DNA from: Setoptus koraiensis
Taxonomy: Eukaryota; Animalia; Arthropoda
DNA: 64,000 nucleotides
Reading direction: 5' to 3'
NCBI GenBank assembly: GCA_048013815.1
Contig: CM106586.1
Span: 3,906,001 to 3,970,000 of the forward strand
The translations under genes were made by a program, and so were the position numbers. The number at the start of each line of letters is the position of its first letter. The stretch's first letter is position 1. Positions 47,524 to 60,980 of this stretch are shown one piece after another. Under the pieces are notes generated by a model. It was given only the letters and a program-made list of their open reading frames with translations. It searched no databases and was not told where the DNA came from.

Positions 47524-50500
47524 CTCGCTGCCGATAATTGTTGTGCTTGTGACGATTATGTCCGATGAGCATGAATAATTAAAATCAATGATGAAATTTG
47601 ATTCAAGTTAGAAAATTTGCATCGTTATATATTTACATATATACTAGATAGTGTAACGGTATGCATTGGCGTGTTAGTTGTTGCGATTGATTTCGTGTGA
47701 AAATAAACAATGATATTTAATGTTTCAAACACATATGACACACGCACCATTGTTGAATGCACCCGATGCAGAGCTTGCTCCAAACACGACAAGCACACAG
47801 GAGCGCTGCGCCATGCGGCATTGTTCCAAACTCATGACAGCACCAATCGCGACTTTCGACAGATTCAGGCGCGACTTTCAATTTTCAAAATTTGTCACAC
47901 AAAAATTGTGTAGGCGCCATTTAACAGGCTCGCCAGAAACTTGTTGGCAAAAAGTTTACTTGTTCACAAATTTTCGCCACGCTTGACCTTGTGAAGTAAT
48001 CTGTCTTCTCTTGGCCAGTCGAGCAGCGATCTGGCCAGGAAAGAGCGATCTGAAAAGGGCCTCCGAGAGAACAGAAATCAGTTAACTCTGAGGGAGCGGA
48101 CTCACTCGTCTCGTTCGTTTAATTCGCCTCATTTATCTCCTCAGTCTCACTTGTGAGGCCGCCCCAGAGGTGGCACGAGCATAATGCAGATTTAGAGCCA
48201 CAATCCATTCTGTCTGTCTGGCTGGCGACCACCAAAGATTCGTTTAGTCAATGTAAATTTGCTCAGAGATCGTAAATCTTCGAATCGCATGCTTCGTTTC
48301 GGCTGGCCCAATGGCGGCTCGGTATCAGCACTGTTGGGTTTTCCGGTTTTTAAAAAGTGAACTTCTGTGGTGCTCACTCGTTAGTGTTGGCTCACATTAT
48401 TGTCAATAGTCACGAGATGCTGCTGTGCGAGTCGTGAGTTGTAAGTTGAGACACAAGTAATTGGTCCTAATGGGCACATTAAATAACAAACAGTTTGTGG
48501 TAGCGTCGTCGACATGTTCAACTACTAGACACGTAAATCCATGCAGCTAATGGGGTTGTATTTTATTGTGCAAAGTCGTGTTGGTCGTCGTGGTCGTCGG
48601 TCGGCCGGTCGGCCGGTCGTGCTTGCTCAGTGACGCAAGCACCGGCTCTCATTATTGTCTCAAATTAGATTCGGGTGTCTGGCCTTACACAGCAGAGCTG
48701 AACCTGTCGTTATTGTTATTCATTTGTTTGCCACAGATTCCGCGAACATTTGCCAGCAAGTGTTGTTGTTGTTTGTCGAGCTCGGCACGAGGGGCCTGTT
48801 CGCAAGCGAGTAACAGGTAGCTCGGCAAGTTTGTGTAGCAGCAGCAGCAGCAGCAGCAGTACATTACACAAACCTGGCAAAACAAAAAGCACAACAGTAA
48901 CAATGAAAATGATTTCCAAACAATATTAGCAGTATATAGACAACAGCAACAACAACAACAAACAGTTTCTCCATTAGCGCCATTTCAGTTATCACCGCCG
49001 GTTATAATTAAGCATAACCACCAACAACTAAACATAGACAAAATGCGCAAAATTCACGGCGCCAGCCAGTCGGGCCTGCTCCAACCGCCGCTACAACCAA
49101 CAACTGGCACCGACGTTGGCAAGGATATTAGCAAGGTGAGAATTGAGATAAAATTGGTGCAACTAGATTGGTGCAACAGTTAGGAAGCAAGCATGTAACA
49201 CGGATGACGATGATATAACTCCAACCATATAATGCATGACTAAATAATCAGCTTTGTTTGGCTGGCTGGCTGGACTAAATCGTTGCTGTTGTTGTTGCTG
49301 TTGTTGCTGTTGTGCAGTTAATACAAAATGATAAATATCTATTTGGCAAGTCGAAAATAAAGGGCGTTGACCAACGTTGTTTCTAAAAGTTGTTGCCGTT
49401 GTTGTTGCGGTTGTTGGCTGCCGGCTGCGAGATTCACCCTCGACCATTTCGGACCATGTCCGACACAAGCGGTTTAGTGTGACAAGTTCAAGTATGACAC
49501 ATTAGGGTTGTCCAGCTCACAGTTGATTTATGTTATCATTAATGTTCGAGTTACCTGTTCATAACCGACACACACGGTTGGCCGGCCGGCCGGCCGGCCG
49601 GGCCCGAGTAAGCGCGATCGGCAACGGCTATTTACACATGAATAGTTGAAAATAAGCCACAATGTTTGTGTGTCGCTCGCTGTCGGTGTTTATCGCTGGT
49701 GTGTGTTAATGGCCAATGATGAAAAGAAGAATGGTCACACTGTAGCTATTCACCAGGTAAAATTTTTTGTATCATTATTATTATTATCATGTAATGTCGG
49801 CCTGACCGGACACACTACATTTGGCAATGGGCAGATTGAAATGTCGCCGAGGTTCAAGAGCACGAAAAGTAGTGGCGGCGGCAGCAGTTTTTGCAACCAT
49901 TATTATTATGTCTCGTTGTTTGTTATCAGTTTGTTTAGATTTTTCATCGTTTACACCTAATCTCATGAGGGCTCGTAAAGGTGGTTTGTGCGTCGCCAGA
50001 ATGCGATCACAATCTCATTGGCTCGCTTGCATTGATACCAGTTGATTTAGATATCAAATGAGGGCAAAAATTGATTTCGCTCTCTCTCTCTCTCTCTCTC
50101 TCGCTGGCTGGCCATCGATCTCTGTCAGACCGCTAATGAGCAGTGATTTTATTGGTGGCCATTCAATTGGGCGATGACGATGAGATAATCAGTCAGAGCG
50201 ACAAGTGTGTTAGCAAAAATAGCATTAATGAGAAGAGCCTGACAAGAGGAAGTGCAAGCACAAGACAAATAGACAAAGTCTTAGTCGTCTGATAAATAGA
50301 GATAAGAGAACAACAGTGATCAGAGATTCAAGGTCGACTTGAAATGCGCACTCACTGTTGCCGTTGTTGTCTCAACAGGTACGAAGATGAAGCCACTCGA
50401 CGTTGTTTGCTTACCTGTTTCGCTTACCTGCCCACTGTATTACAGTCTGTAAGTATACAATACTATACAATGCGGAGGTATCTTGTCTGGGGCTGCTGCT

Positions 50501-52633
50501 GGAATTCGCTGTCTAGCTAGTTGATGTTTTTGTTAATTTGCACCTAGTGTAAGCAGCTATTAACAGCAGCAGCAGCAGCAGCGGTATAACAAAGTGTTGG
50601 GTTTGCGATCGCAGCGATAGCAATCGATCGTTAGCAAGCAAACTTATTTTACCTCATTTTCAAATCAAATACCAATTGATGCACTGTTGTTGATTGTGCA
50701 AACAACTGCAACAAGTGTGCTTGATTGGCTGCCAACATCGATTGTGTATTAGCGCTATAAGGAATTAATTCAATTTGGAAGCTCTGCCGCCGGTGGACTC
50801 GTCTGAATAAATTGTTTTTTAACACACTTTTGTGTGTTTATCCAGCAGTTATCTGGCAGTTATCTCCAGCCAAAACACTTGATGGATCTGTGCCCAGCAT
50901 CCAGAGGGTAGCTGGGCACAGTATTGTTAAAACATGGGTGCACCTTCCTGTTCCCATGGTACCCATAACTTACGGTTCTTATAGGATAAGAACCATAAGT
51001 TATGGGTATGTCCATGTTTGTTTGCTTGCAAAAATAAATTGCCTAGCTAACAATTGCAAATGCTAGCTTGTAAGAATGCCCCTCTTATACCCGCCTGTAC
51101 CGAAAGAATACCCAGTTGGTTGGTTAGTATGTCAGTTGGTTGTATTCGACTGATCTTGGCACTGTCTTGCCACTGTCTCGCCACTGTCTCGCCACTGGGC
51201 CTGTCTGGCTGGCGCTAGATGTCACCACTAGTCGGCGGTTGTTGATTGCGCAAACATAAGAACACTCCCACCAATTGGTGTAGTTAGTTAGTTGTTGGTA
51301 TCCCGGCAAGTGCTTGCTGGCAAAACTAAATAAAAAGTTGTGTGCAGCTTGCAGTTGGCCTAACGAGTCACTTGCAACTTGTTTCTCTCATTATTGTTGT
51401 TGTTGTTGCTGCTGTCGCTGTTGTCGTTGTTGTTGTGCCAAGCTAACACATAATAATCTATTCTGCACATTGCACACATTCTTTGATTTTCAAATAAGTA
51501 AGTAGCTGCAAAAACGTAGACACACAGAAAGAATTCACCTGACAACATTCACCTGTGGGCAAGTGGAGATGCGCGCAAGTTTGATTAAATATTAGACACA
51601 CAACGACAATTACACTGCATTCGCTAAACTAACTAAAACAGGTGAGCACAGGTGAGCACAGGTGAGTGAGTGAGCAGCAGGCAAAGGCGTGATCAAGTTG
51701 GCGTCGGCTTGTTGGCGCCAAGCGAGTTGCTACAACACAGCAAGTTAACAGTTTTAGAGCGAGCTTGCCAGACAGTTGGTTAATTAGTTGGCAGGAGCGT
51801 CGCAAGAGCGAGCCAAAACGTAGCAGCAGCATCGGCAATGGTGACACGAAGCGCCAAATGAACGCAAATGTTGAGCAAAACATCGACAACTTCAAGCATC
51901 GGACAAAACAAATAATAATAAAATAATAATACAATTACAGTTACGTCAAATCTGTCGCCTTGAACAAGCAAACAAATCATCAAATAATCACGTGTGTGCA
52001 ACAACCAAAACAAATGTTGACAGTTGACACTGGCAACATTATATTTTATTAATATTTTATATTATTATATTGTAAGAAGCAGCCCAAGAAGATCATATGA
52101 CGGCGTGGTCGTCAGCGGACAAGCAGCGCCCATCAAGTGACAGCCATCGAGTGACAACTGTCAGACACTCATCAATGATACGCTCGATCATCATGATAAC
52201 AACGACAACAAAAGCGACTAGAATTCATTCAGCAAATCACAATATTATTATAATTATAAGGTAAGCGTTGCGTGAATCGATTTGAGCGCCACTTGAGGGC
52301 CTCATGTTGAGGCCATCGCCAATCAGCGATTCACAATGGCGTGCACTTGTTATGCGAGATCTAAACAATTGATAATTCATGGATAATAGCTAATTATCCG
52401 TAAATATCGACCATAACTGTTTGCAAATGTCGACCATAACTGTCCGTTGATATCATCCGTGAATATCCATAAATAAGCAAGCATGAATATCGACACACAC
52501 TGACAATTATCTGGCAATTATTTGTCAGCTCGACAGCAAGCTACAGCTCGACAGGTGAAATGTCAGAATGATATTTCGCCGTTGTGTGGCCGAATTGGTT
52601 TGGACGCGACGGCGCCGCCAACCAACTCAGACC

Positions 52634-52685
52634 CAAATCACAATTCGCAAATCACAATTCGCAAATCACAATTCGCAAATCACAA
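52634..52685 (+). repeat. 14-nt tandem repeat (CAAATCACAATTCG) x3.7
   Basis: Read directly. Confidence 0.9.
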
Positions 52686-53678
52686 ATGGCGCCACCGTTG
52701 CGGCCACCCAAGTGGCTCGTTCCGGCCGGCGAGACAACTCGCCTCGCCGGCCGACAGGTGAGACTGGTCATCGTGTTGTGTTGGCGCTGCCGTTGTTGTT
52801 GTCGTTGCGTTGTTGTTGTCGTTGTTGTGTGGCCGTAGTGGCCGTTTTGTGGCCGCTCATTGTGTGTTGGTCGAGAAGCGCTTTCGCTCGTTATTGTTAT
52901 TGTCTTGAGTCAACTGATCAACTGTCTGGCTTGTTTGTTTCTGACTGTTTGTTCGGACATGTAGCGTAAGCGTTTTGTATAATCCGGCCGGACAGTTGCA
53001 GATAGCACGCCGGCCGGCAGGCTGGCGTGCCGTCGGCCAGAAGAAGCGAGCATAAAAAGTAAGAGCTTGCCGGAATAAACAAATATGTTTCAATTCAATG
53101 CTGGCCGACTAAATCACTGGTAGAGCGGCAATTTTCAATTTTGAATTTTCATTTGCAAATTGTTCATTTGCATTGTTGCCTTGTGTAATTGCCGGCCATT
53201 TGCCGCTCATGATTGAAGCGTGTTGTTCGGGCAGCTACAGAATGTGATTTTAAGCAGACGAGCGCTACAAAGAATGTCCCAACTGAAGAAGCGCCACCAC
53301 CAATAGGCTCAAATGAATTCGCTTATGGCTCACCAATATCTGGCCAAACTGGCCGTGTGGGCAAACTTGAATTCATCGTCATCGGCCTAGCCCGTGAATG
53401 GGGGGGTTAGGCGAGCCAAAGGAGCAGCAAAGGAGAGCATTGGAGTATTAATTCAATGGCTCTTCAATGGCCAATGGATCAATTGAGAAGAATTGAAAAG
53501 ATTCGCGCAGATTATCGTGTTATTTGAACAGCATGTTCGCATGCTGTTCGAACAACGAATGTTCTCATTCTCAGCGAGCTTCTTTCTCGAGCCTTGCCAC
53601 GGCATGCAACACATCGGACCGTTATTGTTGTTGGTGCGGCCCGAGTTGCGAGCTCGCACCGCATTATACATGCAAGCC

Positions 53679-53742
53679 ATTGGACGGTTTGTATATTGGA
53701 CGGTTTGTGTATTGGACGGTTTGCGTATTGGACGGTTTGTAT
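53679..53742 (+). repeat. 16-nt tandem repeat (ATTGGACGGTTTGTAT) x4
   Basis: Read directly. Confidence 0.9.
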
Positions 53743-54447
53743 GGCAGATGAGGGCCGCCGGTGCGTGAATGCCGGCTGACGAATGAATGAGCGACCAAAT
53801 GAGACGAAACGCAAAGAATCGAAATGATTCGAAACGAAGTGGCACACTCAAGATGAGCATGGCGAGATTGCGACCGACAAGCGGCGCAGATAAACGCCGT
53901 TAATGAGACACGGGGAAGCTCACTCTCCTTTTATCTAAATATCCGCTTTATTATAACTGTTGTTGTTGTTGCCGCTGTTGTTGTCGTTGCCGCTGTTGTT
54001 GTCGTTGCCGCTGTTGTTGCTGTTGCTGTTGTTGTTGCTGTTGTTGTTGGATCATCCGGCTGTAATGAGTTACGACCAGCGCGCCAGCATGAGCCGATGA
54101 TGGATGATACTCTCGCCTCTCAATATTTATTTGTCTATCTTGGTGGCGGCGCAACAATGACAGCCGTTGTCGTCGTCGTCCATGCTGCACACCGGCAACG
54201 ACAATCGTTGTTGTTGTTGCCGTTGTTGCTGTCGTTGTTGTTGTTGATGTTGCTGTCGTTGGTGTCGCTGTTGTTGCCGTTGTTGTTGTTGTGCAGCGCC
54301 CGCAAACAAACAGGCAACAGGCGGCGTCAGTGGTGCCGGTGTTTGTGCCCAAAAGATGGTGGCCAACTAGTTGCCAGTTTGCGTCGCAGCATCTTGCGAG
54401 CGGCACACAGGTAAAGTACAGGTGAGCAGCAGGCCGAGAGCGGGCGA

Positions 54448-54538
54448 AGAGCGGCCAAGAAGCGGCCAAGAAGCGGCCAAGAAGCGGCAGAGAAGCGGCC
54501 AAGAAGCGGCAGAGAAGCGGCCAAGAAGCGGCAGAGAA
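54448..54538 (+). repeat. 11-nt tandem repeat (AGAAGCGGCCA / AGAAGCGGCAG) x about 8
   Basis: Read directly; the two variants alternate in the 3' half. Confidence 0.9.
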
Positions 54539-55067
54539 CGGGCCAGCAGCAACAGGTGAATAACAGGCGAACGCAGGGACAACTTCCTATAAGGAGCAAT
54601 CTCGTTACCGTTGGCCGAGCCGAGCGAATAGCGGTTAGCGCGCGAAAATTGCAATTTCGTTAGCTTGCCAGCCAGCCCGGCAGCCAGCCAGCCCGGCAGA
54701 GCGGCAGCCAAACGGCAGCGAGAGCCAACAAAGTAAGACGACGTCGTCGTCATTATTCTTCCAGTTGCCTCCATCTATTCTCTCCAGATATCACTGTCTC
54801 TGTCTCTGTTTCCATTCGATTGATAATTGAAACAACAAGTGCGCTGTTTCGGCGCTTGTTGTCGCTATTGCGACTGGTTTCACTTGTTGTCTCATGCCCG
54901 TCGTCTCATGCCCGTCGTCTCATGTTTGTTGTGCCGGCAACAGCGCTCTCGGCAAGCCAATTGGCAAGCCAAAGTGAACTGATACAAGCAACTGTCCGCC
55001 GCTTGAGTGTATTTGTCGTTGCGACTTGACGAGGCGCCCCACAGCAAGACAGCAACGCAACGACACA

Positions 55068-55158
55068 GCAACATAACAACAACAACACAACAACAACAAC
55101 AACAACAACACAACAACAACAACACAACAACAACAACACAACAACAACAACGCAACGA
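55068..55158 (+). repeat. Interrupted (CAA)n microsatellite
   Basis: Read directly. Confidence 0.9.
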
Positions 55159-57174
55159 CGAGCGCTTGTCGCTGTCTAGCCAATCGGACAAACTATCATT
55201 TCGACTTGTCGCCAGTCAGACAGTCACAGCTCGGCATCAACTGTCAGCGATGCTGACATGTGATGCTGAGCTGTGTCGTAAAAATTGAGCGCCACTTGCC
55301 AGTGAAAAGCAACCCAAAATACCGAATACAAACAATAAACTGGCTCATCATTTATCACTGTGTTACGTCACCATGACATTAACATGATAAGCAGGCGAGG
55401 GATTTTCAGCGCTCGCCCGGCCGCTGTCTTGTCAGTCATGAGAATATCAAACATACTGTATTAACAGGCGTAATGTAAAAGTGTAATACATAATGTATTA
55501 TGTATATAATATTATATAGTCATTTGATTCCGCGGGCCATTCTCGCCATATATCGACGCAACCGCAAACAGATAAAAGGAGAGAGAGAGAGAAACAGACT
55601 GACAAGAGATTGTGAGATGGCAAGACCGATCGCAAGGGTTATGTTAGCGTGTTCGTTGTGATGATGACGAATATTAATAGTTTGCAATTAATAGTGGCGG
55701 CTGCAAACAACGCACATTGTATTATGTAATGTGTCGCGTTGCATATTGTTGCCAAAACTGCTTGCTGCTTGCATAAACGTATTCGTGTGTCGGACACAAT
55801 GTTGTCAACTGACATTCGCACTGACAACTACAGCTCACTTACGTAATCAGTGGCGCGCATTGTGTTGCTCGTTGTGCAAATGGCAACAATTGTCACGCTA
55901 TTCAAATCAGATTCGTCACATCATATTACATATTACATAAATTATTATTTATTTATATTCTATGAACAAGTGACAATCAGTGGCAAGCACTTGCTCACTG
56001 AATGACGACGCCGCTCTTGACAAGCGATCAAACTGCGCAAGCTGACAACGACAATACTGGCCATTCGACCATATATTCGGCCAGATATTTGCCACAAATG
56101 TTACATGCAAATTTGTTGGACACAAATTTTCGAATCGCCACAATTTGGCAAATGGTCAAATCGCCAGCATTGTGTGCATTTCATTAATTTGCTTAATTAA
56201 GGGCGCTCGTGCTACTGCATGCATTCATCTTGGCAATGTATACGCAAAGTAAATACATTGATGATAAAATAAATTTTGCTACATCCGTTTGATTCGCGTC
56301 GATCGGTACATGTGCGGGGGCGTCACGTCAAGCTCGCTCGGGCACGTATGTGCGCGCAGTTGAAATGGACAAATAAATAAGGTGAATGTCCAATAATCAA
56401 TTATGTGTCCTTTTTGTCGTCATCAATTATCGCGACGCACGAACACACAGGGCCTTTTTGTGCTTGTCAGATAATCTCACAAGTCACATTGTCAGATCCT
56501 TTTGGCTGGTTGCCTGTTGTCGCTGGGCTCGCACCAAACAAACAGCTCGCCTCTGGTCGCTGCTCGCACAAGCTGTTGCGCCGCCCCCGCATTTCGCTAT
56601 TGCGCATTCAATGATAATAATAATAAAAATTCAATTAACTCACTATCACTTGAAATAGACTATTTTTTGTTGTTTCTGTTTCTGTTGAGCCAACTCTGTT
56701 GAGCCAACAGAAACACACAACGACATCTTCTGCCACTGCCACTGCCACTGCCACTGCCATTGGCAAGCACTGTAACTTTTCACTGTAACTAATCATGGCG
56801 ATGATAATAATTTATTATTGCCTCTTATCTCGCTCAATCAAATGCACCTGCTGCTCGCAATGATTACCCTTGGCCAACGATTATGCCGACCAATGGTTTT
56901 AATGGTAGCTACAAGCAGCAAACAACAAAACCATTAGCCAGCAATTAGAGCCGACTGTCGCACTTTATTTAGCCACTCATACGGCAGCACTTTATTTGGT
57001 TATTGGCACGGGCTTGAAAGGGTCGGCTGCACGGGCATCTTGGCACAACAATAACAATAATTAACAGTAATTAATGGTCATAAAATAGAATAAAATAAAA
57101 TAAAATAAAATAAGACAACAAAATCACATCAAGTGTTAGGCAGCAGATGCGAATGCAAACAATTGGCAACGATC

Positions 57175-57425
57175 ATGGATAAACAGAGCAGCGTCAATTG
57201 CACGCGAGTCACACTAATTGTGACCAATTTATTATCGCTATTATTGGGCGTCTCAGGATTCATATTGGGCTTTGCCAGGCCCAACGTTCTCCATTTTGTG
57301 TCCGTCAGCGGCTACCAAGTGTCGCTGGCCTCACTGTGCCTCATCGGGTCGGCCTCGCTAGGATTATTTGCGGCCATCACACTCAATCAGCGCCTGTTGC
57401 TGTCGTACGCGACGCTCATAATAGG
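57175..57425 (+). CDS. Tetraspanin-like membrane protein, first coding exon (TM1, TM2, start of TM3)
   Basis: MDKQSSVNCTRVTLIVTNLLSLLLGVSGFILG...GLFAAITLNQRLLLSYATLII has the tetraspanin N-terminal layout; strong donor GG|GTAAGT at 57425/57426. Confidence 0.65.
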
Positions 57426-57477
57426 GTAAGTGTAACAATCTACTGTCTACATATCTATCATTGTATACTACTTTATG

Positions 57478-57537
57478 TTATTGGCTATTATTGGCTGTTA
57501 TTGGCTATTATTGGCTATTATTGGCTATTATTGGCTG
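57478..57537 (+). repeat. 10-nt tandem repeat (TTGGCTATTA) x about 6
   Basis: Read directly; lies in the tetraspanin-like intron. Confidence 0.88.
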
Positions 57538-60500
57538 TTGTCGGGTATTATTAGCTCATTATCATGAGGCATCAGCGGACATCATTGGCTGTTACATGTA
57601 TTATTAGATGTTGTCAGACATTATTAGATATCGTTGGACGTCAATAGATGGTGTCAGACATCGTGGGCACTGTCGTTGGGCATTGTTTGTCAATGATAAA
57701 ATTGGTTACATAACATAACTACTTCTAACAGTGTAAGCCAAAGTGTGTCGACAAACCATAGACACACCGTTGAATGATGTTGCCGGGCGCAAACCGAGCA
57801 ACCGGCCCACTGGTGGCACTGGCATTTAGGCCAATCAGGCCGTAATCACATGTTGCTAACTGGTTGTTGAGAGGCAACAAGACAGACAACAAATACTGTC
57901 AAATATTGCACAATAGATGAGATTAAATTAGACCTACGCCGATGGCCGATGATTGATTAAGCCTGCGCCAGCTGGCCACATCGCTAAATCGCATGCTGCC
58001 GAAACTGACTCACGGGCTCAACAGTGTCGACTGGTTTATTACGACATTTCACTCACTAGATAACTGTGCTGTTACGTAACTGTGCTGTTGCGTAACTTTG
58101 AGGTGCAACTGTGCAATGTAAATCACTGTGATGCATTACGACACACACAATCGAATTGGATTTCAAATTGGATTCCATCTCAATGGTGACGCAATCGATA
58201 ATTGAAAACATGGCAACAGTTGAACCTTTATTGTTGTTTGGTGCAGGCCATTAGCTTATTATATTATTGTATCGACATCATGCAGCATTATACGGCATCA
58301 TGCAGCATTATATGGCACTATACGGCATCACACAGCATCACACAGCATTATTATATAACATATATTATATAACATTATATAACATTATTTAACAGTGTGC
58401 GCTCATTGTGTCCAGCGACCGGCTGTCAGCTTGATAGTTGTTGTTGTTTTTGTTGCAGCGTGTATCTGTTGTCGCTGCGCCGTGTATCTAATGTCGCTGC
58501 AGCGTGTGTCTGTTGTTGTTCAACAGTGCTGGCCAACGACAACAACGCCAACAATGACAAGCAGGCCGATGATGACAGATGATGCTGCCGCCGGTGCAAC
58601 AGCAACAGTCTGTCCAATGCAACATTGCATCTCTCTCACTTCACCTGTTGTGCGCCTGTTGCGCCGATGTTGAACCGATGCTTTGCAACTGGCTGCTACA
58701 CGCTGTCAGCTGACACTGTTAGTCATCACTAGTGAGTCGCTAGCCCGCTAATCCCGCTGACTCGCCTGCTAACTCGCCAGGTGACTCGCCAGGTGAGCAG
58801 ACACCAGCAGTGAGCTGTCTTGTCACTTTTCAGGTTGCTTGTGAAAAGGATTGCGTTGAATGCAGTCACCATGGAAACGCAATAGTAGCTTAGGTATTAT
58901 TCCGTTGTAGCGATAATATGCCTACATGTTTAAGTGGTCGCTGTGTGTCATTGTCTGGTGCGTCGTTGTCATTGTTGGCCAACCACCACTACTTGTACTT
59001 TCAACAGCAACAGCAACAGCAACAGCAACAACCACAACAACAGCAACGACAACAACAGCAGCAACGGCAACAATACTGACTGCTGCTGTCGCCCACCCCA
59101 TGCTGTCCACCCACTGAAAACAGATACACCCGAAAATAGCGTTATATCGATCGATTGTGTTGTGTCGACTGGCTGCTTTTACTTGAGCTTCCCGAAGCAA
59201 TCAACAAATTCACAATAACGGTCTGCACTTTGGCGGCTGCTTGCACCGACTCGCAGCTCGCCATTGGCAGCTTGTGAGTTACAAGTTGCAAAATACAAGC
59301 AAATTCAAGCTGTCAGTTGCCAGCTGAAAGTTACCTGTTGTCCGGCAACAAGCGTGTGTGTGTGTGTGTGTCGAGGACAACGGACAAAGGAAACCACAAA
59401 GCGACCAACATAACAACTTGTTGCAAGCGACACTGTGTTTACAAACCGTCAAGCTTGTCTGTCCGGCCTCGTTGGTCTCGCTGAAAATGGCAAGCCCTGA
59501 CTGACAGCGCCATTTCATTTTTCAGACACTTGTTGTTTGTGGGATCGGTTTCGATTAAATCCAATTCGATTTCTCTCCAATATCCAGCTAAACTCAAACA
59601 ACAGGTAACATCTTATTATCCGTCACTGTGTTTCTGCTGCTCCCTCGACCAGTGTCACTCCCGACACAGTCTGTAGCACGCACTCTCTACTACAGAATGC
59701 GAGTCTGTAGTAGAGACTCTGTTGTACGGGGATGGATAAATTGTGTGGCCCCAAATAAACGTGCCACCAACGTGATACAGTAGACACTCAATGACAGTGT
59801 GAATGATAGCTTATGTGATAAGACAGATTATATGCCATTATTTACAAATAATGGCAACGCACACAACAACATTAATCAACTTGTTCAGCGCGAACAATTG
59901 CATATTTCAGCCAACAAACGCAGCGGCCCAAACAAATAGACGACAGACCTTGACCAACGGTTTATCACGTCGATAATCATAAAGGTCGTACGAGCCTAGT
60001 TAGCTCTTGCAGTCTGACAAGACCGCCAAACACTAACAATTAATTCAATCTGCCATCTTCACCGTGTCCTGTCATATCTGTCATCCCGTCGTATTTCGTC
60101 GTGCAATACGGACACCCTTATCGACACCTTACATTGCACCACAACTAAAAGGCTCTAGTTACGGGATACTTGCGATGGCCAGTCGCCTCAACAACAACAA
60201 CACACTGATTGTCATACTGTAATCTTCTGTTGTGTTCCATATCACGCATACACCCAAGTAATACCAATACATTCCTGACAGGTACACAGTCAGAAATAAT
60301 AGTTGTATTACTACGGCTATATATTCAGCGGACAAGTTTTCCGAGCTGACATGTGTAGCGACAATCCGTGACCCGTTATAAAGTAACGATCGTTACATGG
60401 TGCATAAAACACCGCAACAAAACACCACCGTTGGTTACACACCGTTTATTATTACGGTCACTGTCTCGCTTGAATTTAAATTTACTCAACCATTGTAATT

Positions 60501-60980
60501 ATGAATAATTCAATGGTCATTATCGGTGTCCAATGCACTGGCGCGCAATTGCGGTTATCGGTCTAACCAAATTGTGTGTAGGCCACTCAACAAATGGTTG
60601 ACACACTGTTTACCTGTATGCATAATAATTGAGTGGAATTCTAATCACGATATTCATACTTGTGTGTGTCGAAACTGTTTACTACATCGACACATTGGCA
60701 AGACAGAGCGAAAGAGAGGTTACAGCACTTTTCAGGATGACATCCGATTTGCACCACTTGTCATTAATGCCATCCACTTATATCCTGCTAGATAAATATG
60801 TTTGACCATTAATTAAATATCCATTTATTCCTCTTCCCTCCTATTTGATATGTTTTTTTTTTATTTTTATTTAATTTTACGATCCAACCAATTGCTTCGC
60901 TGCAAACCACTCTACATATCATGTTAATACCATACGGCTAATTAGCTCTTTCATACTGAGAATAATTTGGTCCACCACAG

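Noticed and set aside
47700-48380. Several minus-strand exon-like pieces with GTGAG donors
   Set aside because: Several frames are open and no consistent, recognisable product emerged.
49043-49135. ATG-initiated 31-codon exon candidate ending AAG|GTGAGA
   Set aside because: No phase-0 acceptor joins it to the tetraspanin-like exon and the peptide is unrecognised.
20067-54538. Short tandem arrays considered as CRISPR-like
   Set aside because: Units are head-to-tail without unique spacers, there are no cas genes, and the context is eukaryotic.
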